Assembly (NCBI GenBank): GCA_963814585.1
Contig: CAWFDF010000001.1
Location: 1 to 22,117, forward strand
From: an uncultured delta proteobacterium
GTDB lineage: Bacteria; Myxococcota; Myxococcia; Myxococcales; Anaeromyxobacteraceae
Direction of reading: 5' to 3'
DNA length: 22,117 bases
Below are positions 17,710-22,117 of this stretch, one piece after another. Position 1 is the first letter of the stretch. Every line of letters starts with the position of its first letter. Made by a program: the position numbers and the translations under genes. The notes below the pieces were generated by a model, which worked only from the letters and a program-made list of their open reading frames with translations, did not search any database and was not told the DNA's origin.

Positions 17710-19567
17710 AGCAGGGCGCGAAGGCCAGGCCGCTGCTCCTGCTGGCGGGGCTCCTGCTCGCCACCGGCCTGGCCTACACCGGCTCGCTGGACGGCGGCTG
17801 CTGTTCGACGACACCAACCTGATCGAGCAGAACGCCGACGTCCGTGATCTCGCCGCCTTCCCGGGCCAGGTCCTCCGGGAGCGGCTCGGCACCGGCACCC
17901 GCGTCCTCACCGACCTGACGTTCGCCCTCGACTACGCCCGTTCCGGGCTGGCGCCGCGCGCCTACCACGTGACCAGCCTGGCGCTCCACCTCCTGGCGGT
18001 GGTGCTCGCCTTCCTCCTCGGGCGGCGGCTGCTGGCCGGGCTCGGCTGGACGGATCCCGAAGGTCCGGCGCCTGGCGGCCGCGGGCTCGGCGCTCCACCC
18101 GCTCAACAGCCAGGCCGTCAACTACGTGGTGCAGCGCGCGGAGGTGATGGCCTCCCTCTTCTACCTGCTGGCGGTCTGGCTGGTGCTGATCGCGGTGGAG
18201 CGTCGGCGCACCCGGGCCGGCGCCGCCGCCTACCTGGGGCGCTGGTGGCCACCCTGGCCGGGCTCGACTCGAGGCGATGGTGGTGACCATCCCCGCGTCG
18301 TCGTCCTGCTGGCGCTGGTGACCGACCGGGGCGCCGCCCGGACCTCTCGCAGGCCCTGGCTGGTCCGGCTCGGGCTGTCGGCGCCCTTCGCGCTGCTGGC
18401 CCTCGGTCGCCACCCGCACCATCCCCACGCTCGAGGGGAACAGCCACGTCGGTTCGACATCCCCGCTCTTGCCCGCGAGGCTACCTTCTGAGCCAGACCC
18501 CGGTTGTCGTCCGCTACCTTGGGCTGCTGGCTCGCCGTCCGGACTCAACCTGGATCGCGGCCGCACCCCGAGCCACTCGCTGCTCGAGCCGGCGGTCCTG
18601 GCCTCCGCCACGCTCCTGCTGGCGCTCTCGCGGCGCGCTCGCGCTCGCCTCGTCGGGCTCACGGCCGTGCCGCGACCGCGGCGCTCGTCCGCCGCCCGGC
18701 TGGCGCCGTTCGGCCTGGCCTCGTTCTTCGTGGTCGCTCGCCCACCTCCAGCGTCGTGCCGCTGGTCGACCTCATGTTCGAGCACCGGGTCTACCTGGCC
18801 TCCTGGGGGGTGATCCTCGCGGGGGTGGTGCTCGTGTCGCTTGCCTGTCGAGGCTGCGTCCAGCCGCGGCGCGCGCGGCGACCACGGGGCTGGTGCTCGT
18901 CCTCGTGATCGCGCCGCGCTCGGCGTCGCCCTCCACCGGCGCAACCGGGTGTGCGCCGATCCGGCCAGCCTCTGGGCCGACGTCGTCGCCAAGGCCCCAG
19001 GCAACTGGCGCGGCTACCAGAACCTGGCCCAGGTGCTCGCCAGCCGCGGCCAGACCGCCCGGCCGTCGAGCTGCGGGAGCGGGCCCTGGCAGTCGCCACC
19101 CAGCCCCAGGACCGCGCCGAGGTGCCGCGCGATTCGGGCGAACCACATCGAGCCCGGCAGGTCGATTAGGCCGCCACCGCGCTGCTCCGGGCGGAACGGC
19201 TCATCCCGCGGGACGCCGGCGTGCAGAACAACCTGGCCATCTGCGCCAAGGAGCTGGGGCCGCTTCGAGCAGGCGGACAGCGCGCCCGCGGCCATCAGCT
19301 CGACCACGCAGCCCCCCAACGCCTACGGCACGCTGGGCCAGATCCTGGCGCGCCCGCGGACCTCGACGGAGCACTACAGGCCTTCGACCAGCGGCTGCCC
19401 TGACCCCCAACGACCTGGTCCCGCTCCACGACCTGGCATCCCCCCGAGCTGGTCAGCCAGCCCGGCGAAGAACCTCCGCCAGCCTGGCGGCGCTCCAGCG
19501 GGTCCGCGGCGGCATCGGCCACCCGGAATCCCGCAGCGGCGCCGGGCCAGCCCCCACTCCCCCGTGA
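17706..19567 (+). CDS. TMTC-like GT-C protein O-glycosyltransferase with C-terminal TPRs; many indels, 3' end approximate
   Basis: TM1-AYTGSL..LFDD.NLIEQN, RVLTDLTFALDY, YHVTSLALH, LHPLNSQAVNYVVQRAE, PTSSVVPLVDLMFEHRVYLAS and RNRVxADPASLWADVV. TPR-like segments RGYQNLAQVL, NNLAI and NAYGTLGQIL follow. Confidence 0.8.
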
Positions 19568-19624
19568 TTCTGGCCCCGGCTTCCCGGCTGAAGGCCGCGA
19601 CGCCTCGGCTCTCCTCACGCCGCC

Positions 19625-21224
19625 ATGGCCCCCACTCTCCTGGCCTGCCTCGCCTCGGCGCCTGGTCGGGCTGGGGGGCGTCGCGTCCGCCGCGCCGATC
19701 CAGCGCTACGAGGCTGGCATCGCCGGGCTACTCGGCCGCGGCATCGCCGGATCACCACGACGGTGACCCGCTTCGTCGCGCCGGTCACCTTCAGGTCGCC
19801 CTCGCCATCTGGCTGGCACGGCCTGGCGCCTGCGCATCGCCCGTCAGGCGCTGGCTGTCGAGGCGGCCGACCAGCGCCACCTGCTCCCGCTCGCCGCCCT
19901 GCTCGCGCGGCGGCCATCCTCGCCCGCTCCCGGACTTCCAGTACGACACCGCTCTCCCGCCTGCAGCAGGTCGCCTCGCTCCGGCGCGCCTGGTTCTCGG
20001 CGCCCGCCAACGTGCGTGCCGGCTCGCTTCGACGCCTCTCGTCACCGTGACGGCAGCGGCTCAGCTCCCCTGGCTCAAGGGAAGAGCACCTTCTTCCTCG
20101 CCCTGCTGCCATGCTCTTCGCCCGGCAGGCGGTCCTGGTCGGGATCGCCGGCCTGCTCCGGGCCGCTGCGTACCTCGCCGCCTGGCTCCTGGCCAGCGGC
20201 CCGCTTCCGCTGGCCAGCGCCACCTCGGCGTGGGCAGGCTTCTTCGTCGACTATTCGCTCTCGCGCTGGTCGCTTCCTCGCCTCGGCGCCTGGGCGGCGG
20301 CCCTGAGCGCGGCGAGGGCGGGCTGGCCGGGCCCTCCCAGCGGCGCTGCTTCGATCCTCGCGCTTCCTGCTCAAGGCCTCAGCCGCCCCACTCCTGGGCT
20401 CGGCGTGCTCCTGCTCCTGGTGCGCGCGGCTCGGTCGAGCGGATGGACGTGGATGCGCACTGGCCGTCGCCGTCCGCCGGCGGTCCTGCCCTGGCTGGCG
20501 CGCGGGTGGCGCAGTCGGCTGCCTCGTCTTCCCAGGCGGCCGCCCGCCTCCTGTCGTTCCTCTCGGCAGCTTCCCACGTGACCACGTCGCCGGGGTCGCC
20601 CGGGTGATCAGCGACTCGGCCCGGCGCCCGGCTCACGCTCCGCCCCTCTCCCCCTGGGTGCCCCACTCTGGCTCCCCGGCGTCCTGGCCGACTACCGGAG
20701 GCGAAGCTGCTGCCGGCCCTCTTCCTGCTCGGCCTCACGCTCCTGGTGGCGTTCCGGCGCGCCTGCGCCGCCTTCGCCTGGGTGGCCGCGGCGCGGCGCT
20801 CTCCAGCGCCTCTGGTTCCTCCGGCCCCCGACCTGCGGTACCACCTCAGCACCCTCCACGCGCTGGCCCTGGCCCCAGCGGCCTGGCGCTCGGCCGGCTC
20901 GCGTCGGCGAAGGTCCCAGCCCCTGGCTCGGATCTCGGCCGCCCTGGCTCCAGGGCGGTACCTAGCAGCAGGCGCTCATGCTGACCCTCGACAGCCAGGA
21001 GCGAGCGGCGCCCACCTGAACGCTGCCGCCGTAGCCGCCCACCCGTGCTGGAGTCGCCGGTGCGTGCCGGAGAGCAGATGGTCCAGGTGAGGACCAGGCG
21101 CGGGGGTGGGCTCTTCGCGCCCGATTGAGGCGAGCGCTGCTGGGCCGCCCCGCTGCCCTGCACGCCGGAGCCGGACGACGCGCTGCGCTTCGACGGCTAC
21201 TACCACGTGGGGCAGCGGCCCTGA
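19625..21224 (+). CDS. Polytopic membrane protein, LIC_10190-like (probable GT-C fold); very error-rich, start approximate
   Basis: Fragments read across frames: YDTALx.LQQV, LVLG.AN...RL.FD, WLARG..SGCLVFP, APDLRY and C-terminal CWAAPLPCTP...GYYHVGQRP* (TGA 21222-21224). Family assignment is from recalled motifs only. Confidence 0.45.
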
Positions 21225-22117
21225 TGCCCTGACCCAGGCAAGATGCCTGCTGCGAGAGTCGATCCTCTCGCTGCGGCAGGCGGCCTCGTCGGTCCGCTGC
21301 TCTCCGCTGCTCCCTCCCGGGCGCCAGCCTCGCTTCGGTCTCGGCGCTCTCGTCTGGCCGCCGCCGCCGCCTCCTGGCGCTCCTGCCCTTCTTCGCGCTG
21401 TCCCTGCTCCTCGGCTCGGTCACCCTGTGGTTCCAGTGGACCCGCGCGCTCGCCAGCACCGGAGACGCCCGCTCCGTCGCGGAGCGGCTGCTCTGGCCGG
21501 GGTGGACGGTGGCGACCTACCTGCGTCACGCCGTGCTGCCGATCGACCTGGCGCTGCTCTACCCGCCCTGGCCCGTCTCGCCCCGGACCTGGTGGTTCGC
21601 GGTGCCCACCTTCCTGGTGGCGGCGCTGCTCGCGGCGGCCTGGCGCTGGCGGTCCGGCCCGGGTCGTGGGCTCTTCGAGGCGCTCGCCTACCACGCCACC
21701 ATGGTGCTCCCGGTGTCCGGGGTGGTCCACATCGCCTTCTTCCTGTGGAGCCGGTCGCCAACCACCTGCAGTACCTGGCCCTGCCCGGACCGCTGGCGTG
21801 GGTGGCGTCGCTCCTGGCGGGGCTCCGGCCCGGGCGGTGGCGCCGCGCCGGGGCGGTCGTCATGGCCGGCGTCGCCGTGGCCATGGCGACGTCGACGCAC
21901 CTGCGAGCCCGCGCCTTCGAGGACGACTCCACGCTCTGGGCGGCGGCGGCCAGCCAGGCCCCGGACAGCCTCCACGCCAGCTGGAAGCTGGCGGCCTGGA
22001 GGGCAGCCTGTAGCGAGCCGGACCGCGTCGGGTGGGCCTGCCATTGCCCAGCAAGGCCGGCGCCAGCGCGAGGATCGGCTCTCTCCGGAGGCATCTCCTC
22101 CGGAGCGAGGCCCTAGC
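21224..22117 (+). CDS. Second TMTC-like GT-C membrane protein; N-terminal catalytic region apparently missing, 3' end unresolved
   Basis: LLPFFALSLLLGSVTLWFQ, ERLL..TVATYLRHAVLPIDLALLYP, MVLPVSG, VANHLQYLALPG and RARAFEDDSTLW. Probable start at the TGATG overlap (21224) or ATG 21242-21244. Confidence 0.65.

Noticed and set aside
17800..22117. Numerous Arg/Pro/Ala-rich ORFs on both strands, such as 18841..20607
   Set aside because: Off-frame readings of frameshifted membrane-protein genes in high-GC DNA, with no independent motifs.

Overview
Very high-GC bacterial DNA (Myxococcota/Anaeromyxobacter-like is my inference from composition and gene content). It carries an extracellular-electron-transfer locus, all on the + strand from about 890 onward. 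Gene order: FN3-repeat protein, tandem PrsA/SurA-type parvulin chaperone, intact 42-heme lipoprotein cytochrome c, NHL beta-propeller, OmcS-family hexaheme cytochrome, a shorter OmcS-family paralog, a ~10-heme cytochrome, an outer-membrane beta-barrel with an inserted discoidin-like domain, two PelC/CsgG-fold proteins, a second parvulin chaperone, then three GT-C-type membrane proteins (two TMTC-like). A divergent GT2 + DUF2304 pair sits at the left edge. This resembles the omcS-companion (osc) nanowire assembly cluster of Geobacter. Three sigma54 -24/-12 promoter matches are present, two of them sharing a TGGG-N8-CCC(A/G) enhancer-like motif. Many genes carry clustered indels that look like long-read consensus errors, so their boundaries were reconstructed by hand across frames. 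Two apparent deletion or chimera junctions occur (about 890 and about 21320). All family calls come from motif recognition, not database searches.
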